A stretch of DNA of 64,000 nucleotides from the human T2T-CHM13v2.0 reference genome, Homo sapiens (GCA_009914755.4 CP068257.2:8608001-8672000), one strand, 5' to 3'. Counted from the first letter of the stretch, positions 41,346-60,000 are shown. The notes: generated by a model not told the origin, from the sequence alone. Made by a program: numbers and translations.

Positions 41346-42879
41346 ATAATTACAAAAAAGAAAGACCTAGAACACCAGGTTAGGGTTAAGTATTCTAAAA
41401 TTTAGCTGACTTACTCTGTTCTCTATAAAACAGGTTGCCACAGAAAATATAGCATGCCCAGTTAATTTGAAATTTCAGATAAACAAATACTTTTCTCAGT
41501 GTAAGTCTATCCCATGCAATATTTGGGACATGATTATACTAAAATATTATTCCTTGTTTATCTGAAATTGAAATTTAACTGGGTATTACACAATTATAGC
41601 AGCCTGACCATAAAAGATATGTAGGTTGAACAAAATTATACTTTAAACTTCAAGCTTTATAATAAATGCATTATTAATCAAGAACTATTATTTGCTGAGA
41701 CCTGTGTAGATCCCAATATTTATCTTTTTAAATGTGGAACTAGGAAAGCTACATAAAGAACATTTATAGAAATAAATTACTGCTCTATAGCTGAAAGGAA
41801 AACTCTAGCTTTTATTTTCCTCCCCGAACTTAAGGTTTATTCTACATTTGTATAAACAATAAAATTGCAGCTCAACTTTGGAAGCACAGATCATAATATA
41901 AAAATAAAGCAAAGGTCCCAGAAACATTTCACAGGCAACAAATCTTGCACATCATCTTACTATAGCAACTAAACATATAATAACTTAGAATGATCCACTA
42001 ATTATAAGTAAAGAATAAATTCTTTTACAAAGCATAACTATTAATATTATTGACCATCATAAGAGCAAATATTTTAAGTAAAACACCATGAATACTTTAC
42101 AGAAAGGAGCGAGTTGCAGACACAGTCATTCTTGGATTTCTTTCAACACCAGGCCTTCTTCCCTTTTGACCTGAACTGGGAGTTGAATATTTCCTCTCTT
42201 TGCCCACTGACCCTCTAGTCTCTGAAACATCTTTTGTACTAGAGGTATATGCAGAGACTTCCTGGAAATTTGGATTTGTAAATTGTGCTGTTGTATCTTC
42301 TAGGCATTGCAGTGATCCAGATATAGAGCTGTTGCTCTTGCTTGTATAAGTGTAACATTTTGATTCAAAAAAGGAAGTAAAAGGATGAGAGTTGATTACA
42401 TTTGGCTACTGACATTAATAATAATAATAATTGCACTTGTAATATAAACATCTGAAAGTTTTAGTTCTAAGAATGTCTGTCCACATAAGAAAATTATGTA
42501 AAAATAATTAATGTCTATTATAAGTATTTTCTTTAACCAAAGAAAAAGTATAATTTAAAGATGGCTGTTTACGGATCAAATTGCAGCAACTGGTAAAAGT
42601 AGATATTAGTCATATTTATTAAGTGACACACAGTGATACTGAAGGCACTTATTTTGCAAGAAACATCATTTTTTCCCAACAAGAACATACTACATGCAAG
42701 ACATGAAATGAAAATAAGCTTTAATTTTCACCACACTAGGGCGACAATCAGAGAACTGAGGTGATACAGATCCATTAGAGGACCATATCCGTGAGTCTGT
42801 CAGTCTCTACTGTAGGACAGAGCAAGAATTTTTAAAGAATTTCGGTTAAGGCTTCTTTTCAAAAAAATACAAAGATTAT

Positions 42880-44215
<1,336 letters not shown>

Positions 44216-44930
44216 TAAAAAAATACAAAGATTAAAGCTTTTGAAACATAAATTATTTTTTCCAGTTATTACATTGAGGACAAAGTTATAGTTGCAAAAT
44301 TAAGATTTTTATAACTATCCCTAAAATTGATTCTCAGTGACTCCCTTGATCTAAATATGTTAAGGAAAAAGGCAAGATAAAGATGTGTTAAATATTTTCC
44401 AGTTTTTAATAATCAGCTTTAATATAAGGTACACCCAAATAATGGTTAATTAAATGACAATGAAAGTATGTTATAGCACATGCTCACTCATCAACATGCC
44501 TTGAAATTAAAGGTTTATAAGGTGCATAAGGGCAAAGTTTTTGATGTTGCCATTACATTCACAAAAGTATCTGAGGCACGTACAGCATGAAGTTCACTAA
44601 GTGCTTGCAACATAACCAGCACTAAATTTTGTTGAATAAATAAATGAATACATTTGTATAGCATCTGTTCAAAATCTCTGGTGTAAAAATAAAAATAATC
44701 TGAAAACCTGCAAAACTGAAATTTCCCACATACGGCTGTCAATTTGTACAAAACGATAAGACGAATTCCAAAATGAGAACATGACAATATAATCAAGTTT
44801 CAAAATGGCTGGTCGTTTTTAGCAAAACCCATGTTCAATAAAAGGAATAAGACATCAAATGTTTTGAGAACCAAAATTTTACTGCTGCTTTTCTAACACA
44901 CTGTTGTTAACCTGAGCTCCCATCCTCTTA

Positions 44931-45018
44931 CTGTCTATAACAGATTTTCATCATAAAATACAAGAAACAGGCTGGATGCCTGTCAGTAACAGATTTTCAT
45001 CATCAAATACAAGAAACA

Positions 45019-45030
<12 letters not shown>
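44931..45030. repeat. ~48-bp tandem duplication of old-L1-derived flank abutting the Alu 5' end
   Basis: ctgtctataacagattttcatcataaaatacaagaaacaggctgg is followed by ctgtcagtaacagattttcatcatcaaatacaagaaacaggcaggg. Confidence 0.6.
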
Positions 45031-48510
<3,480 letters not shown>

Positions 48511-49700
48511 GTCAAGAAACAACAGATGCTGGCAAGGCTGTGGATAAATAAACACTTTTACACTGTTGGTAGGAATGTTAATTAGTTCAATCATTGTGGA
48601 AGACAGTTTGGCGATTCTGCAAGGATCTAGAACCAGAAATACAATTTAACCCAGAAATCTGATTACTGGGTATATATGCAAAGGACTATAAATCATTCTA
48701 TTATAAAGATGCATGCACGCGTATGTTTATAGCAGCACTATTCCCATTAGCAAAAACATGGAATCAATCCAAATGTCCATCAATGATAGACTAGATAAAA
48801 AATGTGGTACATACACGCCATGGAATACTATGCAGCCATAAAAAGGAATGAGATCATGTCTTTTGCAGGGACATGAATGAATCTGGAAACCATCATCTTT
48901 AGCAAACTAATACAGGAACAGAAGACCAAACACCACATGTTCTCACTCATAAGTGGGAGCTGAATAATGAGAACACCTGGACACAGGGAGAGGAACAACA
49001 CACACTGGGGCCTGTCAGTGGGGATGGGGAGAGAGAGCATCAGGATAAATAGCTAACACATGTGGGGCTTAATACCTAGGCACCTAGGTTGTGGGTTGAT
49101 AGGTACAGCAAATCATCATAGTGCACGTTTACCTACGTAACAAACATGCATATCCTGCACATGTATCCTGGAACTTAAAATAAAATTTAAAAAAATAAAA
49201 TAAAAAGAAAACAGAAGAGTACAGCAAATTGGCTCACAGTTCCACAGCCTGTACAGCAAACATGATGCTGACATCTTCTCAGCTTCTGGGGAGGCCTCAG
49301 GACACTTAACAATCATGGTGGAAGGGAAAGCAAGAGCAGGAGGAAGAGAGAGAGGGGAAAGGTCCTACACACTTTAAACAACAAGATCTCATGAGAACTC
49401 TATCACAAGAGCAGAGCTAAGGGGTTTGTGCTTAACCATTAGAAACTACTCCCATGGACCAGCCACCTCCCAGCAGGCCCCATCTCCGACAGTGGGAACC
49501 ACTGGAGGCTGCTCCCGTGGACCCGCTGCCTTCCAGTAGGCCCCGTCTCCAACACTGGGAACCACTGGAAACTGCTCCCATGGACCAGCCACCTCCCAGC
49601 AGGCCCCATCTCCGACACTGGGGATTACATTTCTACAGAAGTTTCCAATAATTCTGGAACACATACTAATAACATATTTATAAAAATACAGTCCAAAGTA
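48511..49700 (+). mobile_element. Older L1 (L1PB-like) 3' fragment: ORF2 C-terminus and long 3'UTR
   Basis: It reads tcaagaaacaacagatgctggcaaggctgtggataaataaacacttttacactgttggtaggaatgttaattagttcaatcattgtggaag..., which is more diverged than the adjacent L1PA. The 3'UTR contains the ggctcacagttccacagcctgtacagc block. Confidence 0.7.
49448..49632. repeat. ~63-bp unit tandemly repeated ~2.8 times inside the old L1 3'UTR
   Basis: The unit is catggaccagccacctcccagcaggccccatctccgacagtgggaaccactggaggctgctcc, then cgtggacccgctgccttccagtaggccccgtctccaacactgggaaccactggaaactgctcc, then catggaccagccacctcccagcaggccccatctccgacactgggg. Confidence 0.8.
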
Positions 49701-50507
49701 GACCAAACACCATTCACTCTTCTACTTGAACGTTTTCCCTCTATTCTAATGTCACAATCTCTAGCGTTATTAATCAGAATCCTGCATTTAAGGGCATCTG
49801 TTAAATTTTATAGCTGATTATAAAACCATCATTTAAAGAGGACCAAAATGAGACAACAATTGTCTGTGGATGACAAAAACATTAAGGGCAGCCACAGTTA
49901 AAGACACGAACAACAGCCTTTAAGGTAGAATTTTCTGTAGAGCCTATTATGAGGGAGATATTTCTAGTTATTACCTCTTTTATTCTAAACCATAGAAAAA
50001 GGACCTATCAAATAAAGTCCTTCTAGAAGAGTGAAGGGCTCCTGGCAATGTTCTCTTTAATCCATGATGTGGGATAAAGGGAGTTTTGACTGATTATGAG
50101 GCAATATATATACCACTAAAGTTTCAACAACCTAAAAGAAAAAAAAAAAAAGCAGGGGAGGGATGTCCTGGAAGAACCAGATGGAGCCATAGCAGAAGAT
50201 GATTTCAATCCACTGACCCCTGAATTGTGGGCTGGTTGTGCTGCATTGCTCTGCGACTTATGGTTCTGCCGCAACAAAGATCTAATTCCCAGGGTTATAG
50301 CAAAAGACATTTGCGGTACCCCTGAGGCACAGAGAAGGGAGAAATCCAAACCTGACTTAAGTCTAGGGTTCTTAAACCACACAATCTCCTCACAAGGAGG
50401 ACCTTAACTCTGAAGATACTGATTTGGGGCTGTTTCAAAGAAAGAAATTATAAATATGAGTGGGAAAGAGAACAATCTTCCCCATATCCAGTGTCAAAAA
50501 AATGAGG

Positions 50508-51124
50508 CAGAGGGAAGGAAAGAAGGAAGGAAGGAGGAAAGGAAGGAAGGAAGAAAGGAAGGAGAGAGGGAAGGAAGGAGAGAGGAAAGAAAGGAGGGAA
50601 GGAAGGAGAGAGGAAAGAAAGGAGGGAAGGAAAGAGAGAGGGAAGGAAGGAAGGAAGTAGGGAGGGAGGGAGGGAGGGATGGAAGGAAGGAAGGAGAGAG
50701 GGAAGGAAGGAATGAAGGAAGGAGAGAGGGAAGGAGAGCAGGAAGGAAGGAAGGAAAGAAGGAAGGAGAGAGAGAAGGAAGGAAGGAGGGAGGGAGGGAA
50801 GGAAGGAAGGAGAGAGGGAAGGAAGGAAGGAGGGAAAGAAGAAAGGAAGAAAGGAAAGAGGGAAGGAAGGAAGGCAGAAAGGAAGGAGGGAAGGAAGAAA
50901 GGAAGGAAGGAAAGGGAAGGAAAGAGGGAAGGAAGGAGGGAAGGAAGGAGGGAAGGAAGAAAAGAAGGAAGGAAAGAGGGAAGGAAGGAGGGAAGGAAGG
51001 AGGGAAGGAAGAAAGGAAGGAAGGAAAGAGGGAAGGAAGGAAGGAAAGATGGAAGGAAGGAGGGAAGGAAGGAGGGAAGGAAGGAAGGAAACGAAGGAAA
51101 CAAGGAAGGAAAGAAGGGAAGGAA
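50508..51124. repeat. Long (GGAA)n/(GGAAGG)n/(GGGAAGGAAGGA)n purine-rich microsatellite cluster (~620 bp; the top strand is almost pure purine)
   Basis: It reads agggaaggaaagaaggaaggaaggaggaaaggaaggaaggaagaaagg... continuously to ...aagaagggaaggaac. Confidence 0.9.
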
Positions 51125-51640
51125 CTTGGATATGCACAAAAACAAAATTTAAATTAAAACGGAAGTCTATCATCTGACCTAATTGGAAATGTACTATTTT
51201 CTAAAACAATTTATACAGTCCAAATATAAAAGGGTGCTGATTGGTATTTGTAACTCTCCAGCATATATTCTGAATCAATTTGAACATCTGCTGAAATCTA
51301 CCAATTTGCATACCTTCACAAACTTAATCAATACTGGAGCTGAAAGTTTGTTATACCTGAGATTTCACTAAATTTAAACATTGCAACCCTAACTCTAGCA
51401 GAGTAACTGCATATAGAATAGAGGGCACATACTTATGCCTCACATTTGTTACCTTGACTAAATTTCCCGTTGTCATAGAAGCCTTTGTCCACAGGGGACC
51501 TGGATGCTCTGACCCAATGAGTAACAAATTGATATTAAATCATTTGCACTTACACATTGACTTCACCAAATGTAACCTTACAGAACTCCCCTCCTGTTTT
51601 TTTTAAATTTGATTTATTTTTAATTTTTCATTTTTTTAGA

Positions 51641-51918
51641 GATGGGGTCTTCCTCCATTACCCAGGCTGAATGAAGTGCGGTGACGCAATCATAGCTCAC
51701 TGCTGCCTCGAACTCCTGGGCTCAAGCAATCCTCCCATTTTAGCCTTCCAAGTAGCTGGGATTACAGGCATGCACCAACACAGCCAATTAAAAAAATTTA
51801 TAGAAGTGGAGTCTTGCTATGTTGCCTAGACTGCTCTCAACCTTCTGGCCTCAAGCAATCCTCCTGCCTCGGCCTCCCAAAGTGCTGGGATTACAGGTGT
51901 GAGCCATCGTGCCTAGCC
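51641..51918 (-). mobile_element. Alu (AluJ-like), minus orientation
   Basis: There is a poly-T, then agagatggggtcttcctccattacccaggctgaatgaagtgcggtgacgcaatcatagctcactgctgcctcgaactcctgggctcaagc...gctgggattacaggtgtgagccatcgtgcctagcc. Confidence 0.85.
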
Positions 51919-52175
51919 TCCCCATCTTGATAAATTAGCAAATATGGTAAAATATAAATTACAACATGACTTCAAATAAATAAAACTTATTATATAAGAC
52001 CTAATTAATTAGTGAAGGGGTGATAATCCTCATTGCTTCAACGTTTAGCAGTAGAATTTGGCCTGTTCTTAAACCTGCATATAATATATGGTGTTTCACA
52101 GTGGATTGCTGTAATGTGACTGCAGTGCTCCCATCCATTAAGGCCCTCGTACCCATTGCCAAATATTGTGGCTAA

Positions 52176-54790
52176 TTTTTTTTTATTGCAATAGGTTTTT
52201 GGGGAATATGATGGGGTTTTTTTAATTTCAATAGGATTTTGGGAAACAGGTGGTGTTTGGTTACACGAATAAGTTGTTTAGTGGCGATTTCTGAGATTTG
52301 CGGTGCACCCATCACCCAAGCAGTGTACACTGTACCCAATGTGTAGTGTTTTATCCCTCACCGCACCCACCCCACCACTCCCAGCGTTTCCCTGAGTCCT
52401 CGAAGACCATTGTATCATTCTTATGCCTTTGCATCCTCATAGCTTAGCTCTCACTTATGAATGAGAACATACAATGTTTGGTTTTCCATTCCTAAGTTGC
52501 TTCACTTAGAATAATGGTGTCCAGTTTCATCCAGGTTGCTGTGAATGCATTATTTCATTCTATCTTATGGCTGAGTAGTATTCCATGTGGTAAATATTTA
52601 TACCACATTTTCTTTATCCACTTATGGATTGGTGGGCATTTAGACTGGTTTCAAATTCTTCCAATTGCATATTGTGCTGCTATAAACATTCGTGTGCTAG
52701 TATCTTTTTCATATAATGACTTATTTTCCTCTGAGTAGATACCCAGGAGTGGAATTACTGGATCAAATGATAGATCTGCTTTTACTTCTTTGGAAATCTC
52801 CTCGCTGTTTTCCATAGCTGTTGTACTAGCTTACATTCCCTCCAAAAAGTGTAAAAGTGTTCCCTTTTTGCCACATCCATGCCAACATCTATTAGTTTTT
52901 GATTTTTTGATTATGACCGTTCTTGCAGGAGTGAAGGGGTATCATATTGTCTTATGGTTTTGATTTACCTTTCCCTGATAATTAGTTATGTTGAGCATTT
53001 TTTCATGTGTTTGTTGGCCAGTTGCTTCTTTTGAGAATTGTCTGTTCATGTCCTTAGCCCACTTTTTGATGGGATGTTTTCCTTGCTGCTTTGTTTGAGT
53101 TCCTTGCAGATTCTGGGTATTACTCCTTTAATCAGAAGTACAGATTGCGAAGATTTTCTGCCACTCTGTAGGTTATCTGTTTACTCTGCTGATTATTTCT
53201 CTTACTGTGCAGAAGCCTTTTAGTTTAATTAAGTTTCATCTATTTATCTTTGCTTTAGTTGCATTTGCTTTTTGGGTTATTGGTCATGAAGTCTTTGCCT
53301 AAGCCAATGTCTAGAAGAGTTTTTCCAATGTCGTCTTCTAGAACTTTTATGGTTTCAGGTATTAGATTTAAGTCCTTGATCCATCTTGAGTTGATTTTTG
53401 AATAGGGTGAGAAATGAGCATCCACTTTCATTCTTCTATGTGTGGCTTGCCATTTATCTCAGCACCATTTGTTGAATAGGGTATTTTTCTCTGCTTTATG
53501 TTTTTGTTTGTTTTGTTGAAGATTAGATGACTATAAGTATTTGGCTTTATTTCTGGGTTCTCTATTATGTTACATTGATCTATATGGCTATTTTTATACC
53601 AGTACCATGCTGTTTTGGTGACTATGGCCTTCTAGTATAGTTTGAAGTCAGCTTCTAGATTTGTTCTTTTTGCTTAGTCTTGCTTTGGCTATACAGACTC
53701 TTTTTTGGTTCTAGGCTTTTATTACCTTAAGGTATGTCCCTTCTATGTCTTTTTTAGTTCCATGTGAATTTTTGTAGTTCTGTGAAGACTGATGTTGGTA
53801 CTTTAATGGGGATTGCATTGAGTTTGTAGATTGCTTTTGGCAGTATGGTATTTCACAATATTGATTGTACCCATCCTTGAGCATGGGATACGTTTCCATT
53901 TGTTTGTGTCTATGATTTCTATCAGCAGTGTTTTGTAGTTTTCCTTGTAGAGGTCTTTTGTCTCTTTGGTTAAGTATTCCGGATATAATTAAGATTTTGT
54001 CTGCAAAGATTGCATGCAATTGACAATTATAGGAATATACTATTATAATTATAAGAATTATAATATTCCTAAGGTTTTTATTGCAGCTATTGTAAAAGGG
54101 GGTGAGTTTTTTATTTAATTCTCAGCTTGTTCACTATTACTGTATAGCAGAGCCACTGACTTGTGTACATTAATTTTGTATCCTGAAACTTTGCTGAATT
54201 CATTTACCAGTTCTAGTAGCTTTTGGGATGTGTCTTTAGGGCTTTCTAGGTATACGATCGTGTCATCAGCAAAGAGTGACAGTTCGACTTCCCCTTTACC
54301 GATTTGGATGCCCTTTATTTCTCTTATCTGATTGCTCTGGCTAGAACTTCTAGTTCTGTGTTGAATAGAAGTGGTGAAGGTTGGAATCATTGTCTTGTTC
54401 CAGTTCTCAGGGGGAATGCTTTCAAATTTTCCCCATTCTGTATAATGTTGGCTGTGTGTTTGTCATATATGGCTTTTATTACCTTAAGGTATGTCCCTTC
54501 GATATTGATTTTGCTGAGGGTTTTAATCATAAAGGGATTCTGGATTTTGTCAAATGCTTTTTCTATGTCGATTTTGCTGAGGATTTTAGGCATAAAGCGA
54601 TGCTGGATTTTGTCAAATCCTTTTTCTGCATGTATTGAGATGATCATGTGATTTTTGTTTTTAATTCTCTTTATATGGTGTATCACATTTATTGACTTGC
54701 ATATGTTTAACCGTCCTGCATCTCTGGTTTCTCCTCAGATCGTATGCATCTTTCACCTTTGATGGTTCATTTTATTTGCCAAGTTGGGTT
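52176..54790 (-). mobile_element. L1 (older L1P family), 3' ~2.6 kb, minus orientation: 3'UTR, ORF2 C-terminus and RT domain. It contains two small internal tandem duplications (~52185-52260 and a 56-bp unit x2 at ~54490-54610) and a ~100-bp AT-rich insert at ~53990-54100
   Basis: The minus-strand ORFs 54115-54390 and 54387-54686 read as L1 RT (..[51 protein letters not shown].. and ..[54 protein letters not shown]). The + strand shows L1 antisense texture throughout. Confidence 0.75.
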
Positions 54791-55632
54791 GCCTAGAGAT
54801 TTGGTTAAACACTCTGGATATGTCTGTGAGGGTGTTCCTTGATGAGATGAATATTTGACTATGTAGACTTAGTAAAGTAGTTGCCCTCCCCAATGTGAGT
54901 GGACCTCATCCAATCCATTAAAAACTCAAATGAAACACAAAAGTAGAGGAAGAGAGAATTCACTCTCTTTGTCTGATGATTTCAGAGCTGAGACGTAGAT
55001 TGAAGTCAGACGTGGACTCTAACTGATGCCATCAGCTTTCCTTGTTCTCAGGACTTTAGGCTTCAACTGGAACTCCAACATTGGCAGTCCTGGGTCTCCA
55101 GCTTGCTGACTGCAGGTCCTGGGACTTCTTAGCCTCCATAACCACATGAGCCAATTCCTTATAATAAACCTATATATATTCATGCAACTGGTAAATATTT
55201 TGTTGTTATAGATTTGGCTACCATTTTCTTTTTTGTGCCTATTTTAACAGAGTCTCAGTCATAGCCTGCCTTCATCTCTGAAGGGACCAGGCGACCCACA
55301 GAGTGCCTCAGCAGCCTTGTCATTGCATGCAATCTTCACAGACAAGATCTCACTGCAACCACCTTTCTACAGGAGCACAGATGTGACATTATACTGATGA
55401 CATCATTCTCAGAGAAAATTAATTTTACACACTAAGGACACACAGATACAAGGAGGCTTACACAAAGGGAATGGAGCTTTCCTCAACACAGTAGTGCAAG
55501 GCCCTGCCACTTTGCTTCAATTCCTGAAAATTCCTTGGTAAACATGGGGCTGCCCTATTCCTGACACTTTCAAAAAATAGTTATTGATCCTCTCAGCGTC
55601 CACAATATTAATACAAGCCCAACATTCTTTAA

Positions 55633-55934
<302 letters not shown>

Positions 55935-57346
55935 CTTTAATTCTTTACTTGGGGTTCAGGTGACAACATATTTCTTATTTACAAATCTTACTTAATCTCA
56001 CTGATGCTGTCACTGGCAAACTGACCCACCTTGAATGAAGCCTCCTCCAACAAGTCTGGAATCTGTCCGAATTTAAATTAACAGGTGCTCCTATAAATTC
56101 CCTCAGAGAACACACTGTGGATGCTTCAGCAACCTCTTCCCATGCCTCCTGAATTATCTGGGTTGCATATGGTAGCCATAAGTTGTCCATGGGCCTCTGA
56201 TGTAAAAAACAAACCTGCCCCCTTTTGACCCTGTGCTGTACAGTATCAGGGCAGTGATTGCTGACCACATACTGGACCACTGGAAACAGAGGGCTCTGCG
56301 TCCATGTCCATGAGCCTTCATGCCCATCTGGCCATCAAGCCTTGGGAAGCAGCACCCCACAGGCTTGGCACAGCTGCAGATACCTTCTTGCCTCAGGATG
56401 GAGTCAAACCTGGACCCCTTGACATTCTCATCTGCAGGAAACCCTGGCCTCATTCATCCTCAGGCTGTGGTGCTGGTACTGGCCTCCTTCATCCTCAGGC
56501 TGGAAGTCACCCATCTCTGAGGTCCCTTGGGATCGACTGAGTGACCAGCAGTGAAGTTCGTCCACCTTCTGAATGGATGCCATCATCGGACGTGGTGGAG
56601 CTCAGTGGGATGCTGCTGCCTTCCCTCCCTTAGCTAGGATGTCCCTGATAAAGGATGACACATAAGCCCCAGCACGACTGGCCAAACTTGAGATGGTCAT
56701 CTCAACACTGATGCTGTGCCAGCAATTAGCCCCATTTGTACATTTTTAAAAACTTTTTGGCAATTGCCAAGAATTGTTCACCTTCCCTCCTCATTGAATT
56801 AAAGAAACTTCTTGTCTCATGGATACTCAGAATACCAATCAAGGTAACAGACGGCTTTTTTTAACCAAGGACACAGTGCGGATCTCACAGGGACACTCCT
56901 TATCCCCTGCAGAGTTCCAGACACTACTGATGGTGACCAAGGCAACATTTCATCAGAAAACACAGTGCTGGGCTTGTGAAAAAGGTGTCCAGTAGAGCTT
57001 CCACTGCCCCTATAGGCTGCAGGGAGTTGCTTTAGTTGAGAGATAGACTGAGCTCCTCAAAGAATTCCTATTTAAGTTACAAAGCAGTGAGTGGATGCCC
57101 TGCTGGGTTCCACTGTTGCCACAGGCTTTGATTACTCTAAGTTCATGCTTCTTAGGAAAGTGCACTTTTTACACCAATGCTACACAGTTCCCTCAGGTGC
57201 CTTTACTGGACATCAAGGAGTTCACATTTTTGACAACCATTTAGTCCTAGACTGTCCAAGGGGTGCAGGTAGCTCCGTACAGGAAGCTGCCTGCTGCTTG
57301 TGGATCAGTAATATCAGACTTGCCCAACAACTCACTAGAGACATGA

Positions 57347-57500
57347 AAACCAATGCATGGGGGATGCATGACGTCACCCAAATATTTATGAACACGCTTA
57401 TGCTGCCAGAGACTCTAGATCTCTAAACCAATGCATGGGGAATGTATGACATCACCCAAATATTTATCAACATGCTTGTGCTGCCAGAGACCCCAGATCA
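57347..57500. repeat. Tandem duplication, ~77 bp x 2 (~90% identity)
   Basis: The unit aaaccaatgcatggggga/atg(c/t)atgac(g/a)tcacccaaatatttat(g/c)aaca(c/t)gctt(a/g)tgctgccagagac(t/c)c(t/c)agatc occurs twice in tandem. Confidence 0.85.
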
Positions 57501-58914
57501 GTTTTCCTGCCTCCTGCTAAACAAATGGGGGCAGTAGCTTTGCATCAGCTTCCACATTTCATTACTCATAACTGTGGCCTTCTTAATTTCTCATGTCCCT
57601 AAGCACTTATTACAATGCCTCAACAGCCTTCTCTCAGCTTCTCAAAATATTAGTCATCATTAAAATAAATGTCTGATGTTAAAGCATCAGGGTCAATTGT
57701 ATTGTGACACCTAAAATTTCATGAAGCACCCCACCATGTCCTCAGCCTAATGGCTTTCATGCCCCCACCAGACTGCAAAACTCTGAATTAGTCAAGCACA
57801 TCCCTGAAGGGACCAGGGGTTACCCCACCCTCTGATTTCTATCAAGCCTGTCTCCCACACCCTCTGCTCCAGAGCGCAACCCCCGGGTAGACCTGCATAG
57901 ATGCAGTGTCATCCCCTGCTGGGCTGAGTATGTGTGACGAATGAATTACTTTGAATTTCATCTGCTCAGTGTTTGTTTTGCCTGCAGCCATTCCCAGAAT
58001 TCTAGGGCAAGACTAGCTTCTTCGCCAATAGGGTGAACAGGAAGGAACCCAACTAGGAATTGCCTTTTTAAAAAAATCCCTTCCCACCCTCTTAATTATG
58101 TAATGCATGCATTTTTATAGCTTTTTTGCTCATTCCATTATCTGAGGTCAGCCACTGATATTTAACCCATCCTTAGCCTCGGAGGAGGGCAGAGGAGCAC
58201 TGGTCATATTGATTTTGCTAGTGGTGACATGATTTCCTCCTGTGCCACTCAAGAGCTCTCCTTCTTTAACTTGATGCTCAGTAGGTTGCATTTCACTCAT
58301 CTTTGCAGATTGTTAGGAAGATGAGAATCAGCTTTCATTTTTGATGTTGCCATAGGGAAGACTCTATGGTAATGTTTATTTGCACAATCAACTTTTTCTT
58401 ATTTTCCCCCAGAAATTGCAAACTCTTATGTGAGAGACAGCTTTCTGGAGTCTGCAAACATAGATTATCTTCTCTCTTTTGGTGGCAAATTTCTTATATC
58501 CCCACCAACAATAAAATAGTTACATATAATTTTGGTATGTCATATTGATTGCCAACTACAAGTAAGAACATTCCTTGATTTTAAATCTAGATTAATTATG
58601 AAAATTTGGGAGCCACAAAAAATTATTGTGTACAAATTTATAGACCTCTTCTTAGGATTAAATGAGTTAATATTAACTAATATTTATTGTGCAGTTAAGG
58701 TATGGCAGAAGCTTCCTATGTAGTATTTCATTTTATACTTAAAACAATATTCCATGCAAAATGCTATAATTTCCCCATGCCTCCAATTTGGACATGATAA
58801 AACTGGGTCTCGTAAAGTTTTCACCCCAGAGTTCTCTGCTTAGTAAGAAGTAGAAGGAAGTCTAAACCTAAGTCATCTGATTTCAAAGCCCATATAGTTA
58901 AAGGCTCTAAATGC

Positions 58915-59455
58915 AGCTTCCCATGGTGATGGTGACTATGAGGGCCTGTCACATATGATGTAGGACCCCAGTGCTTCCCTGTAATATGTGCAGGATTCCC
59001 GTGATGACGGTGACTATGAGAGCCTGTCACATACGATGTAGGACAGTGCTTCCCTGTAAACATGCGCAAGATTCCCATGGTGATGGTGACTATAATCCTG
59101 TCACCTATGATGTAGGCAGTGCTTCCTCTGTAACATGCACAAGATTCCCGTGATAATGGTGACTATGACAGCCTATCACATATGATGTAGAGCCCCAGTG
59201 CTTCCTCTGTAACATGCACTAGATTCCTGTGATGATGGTGACTATGAGATCCTGTCACATACGATGTAGGACAGTGCTTCCCTCTAACATGCACAAGATT
59301 CCCGTGATGATGGTGACTATGAGAGCCCATCACATATGATGTAGGACAGTGCTTCCCTGTAACATGTACAAGATCCCGTGATGATGGTGAGTATGAGAGC
59401 CTGTCACATATGATGTAGGACAGTGCTTCCTCTGTAACATTCACAAGATTCACCC
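58915..59455. repeat. Minisatellite: ~76-78-bp unit x ~7 copies (80-90% identity)
   Basis: The unit gtgatg(a/g)tggtgactatgag(a/g)gcctgtcacata(t/c)gatgtaggac(agtg|cccagtg)cttcc(c/t)tgtaa(c/t)atg(c/t)(a/g)caagattcc repeats head to tail. Confidence 0.9.
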
Positions 59456-60000
59456 GTGGATTTATTAAAATGCAAACTCATAGTCCACACTTTGACTAGC
59501 TAAGATAAGAGCATTTAAATGGATGTCCTGGTGACAGTGCTAAGATGCTACTGTTCATGTGGGCACTGGCTCACCATATTAACGAAGCTTAGGACCTCCA
59601 GTCCCTGCTGGAAAAGAAATACAGATACATAGGATGTGACTGTGCATATGGAATATCTGTTGTGTTCTGGACATTGTACTAGACACTAGAGATAAAAAGT
59701 CAAATATTCCTTGCCTCTATCTGAAAGGAGCTTCCTTCTCAGTGGCTTCTGACTGCAGTGTATATTTTCTCTTCTGTCCTGGGTGGGTGAGCTCTATCTC
59801 AATGTTGGTAACTGAACACTGCCCAGTGGGTTTGATGAGGGAGATCACAGCTAGCTGCGCTCCCACATAGCTATGACCATAGCATACCTCGTGATGCCAT
59901 TTCCCCCTTGTCAGAAGTGTCCCTCCAGTATCATACATGCTCCCCATGATTATAAATTCTTCCTCCTTCCACTAAATGTTCCTAAATCTTGCAAAGATAA

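Noticed and set aside
50435-51173. Three overlapping 233-241-aa ORFs (KEGRKEG.. / FLPSFLPS.. / SLLPSLLP..)
   Set aside because: They are pure translations of the GGAA/GGAAGG microsatellite on both strands. Low-complexity periodic peptides are not evidence of a gene.
54790-55200. Repeat-like segment (..gtgagtggacctcatccaatccattaaaaactcaaatgaaacacaaaag..cttagcctccataaccacatgagccaattccttataataaacc..)
   Set aside because: It resembles a common ancient interspersed repeat I have seen often, but I cannot name the family with confidence, so I did not annotate it as a feature.
58821-59453. His-rich repetitive ORFs (85 and 96 aa) on the minus strand
   Set aside because: They are generated by the ~77-bp minisatellite. 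The unit length is not a multiple of 3, so the frame cannot be maintained across the array. There are no start or splice signals.
58915-59455. The regularly spaced direct repeats could be taken for a CRISPR-like array
   Set aside because: This is a eukaryotic genomic context (Alu, L1, spliced gene). The units are contiguous with no unique spacers, and unit divergence is typical of a minisatellite.
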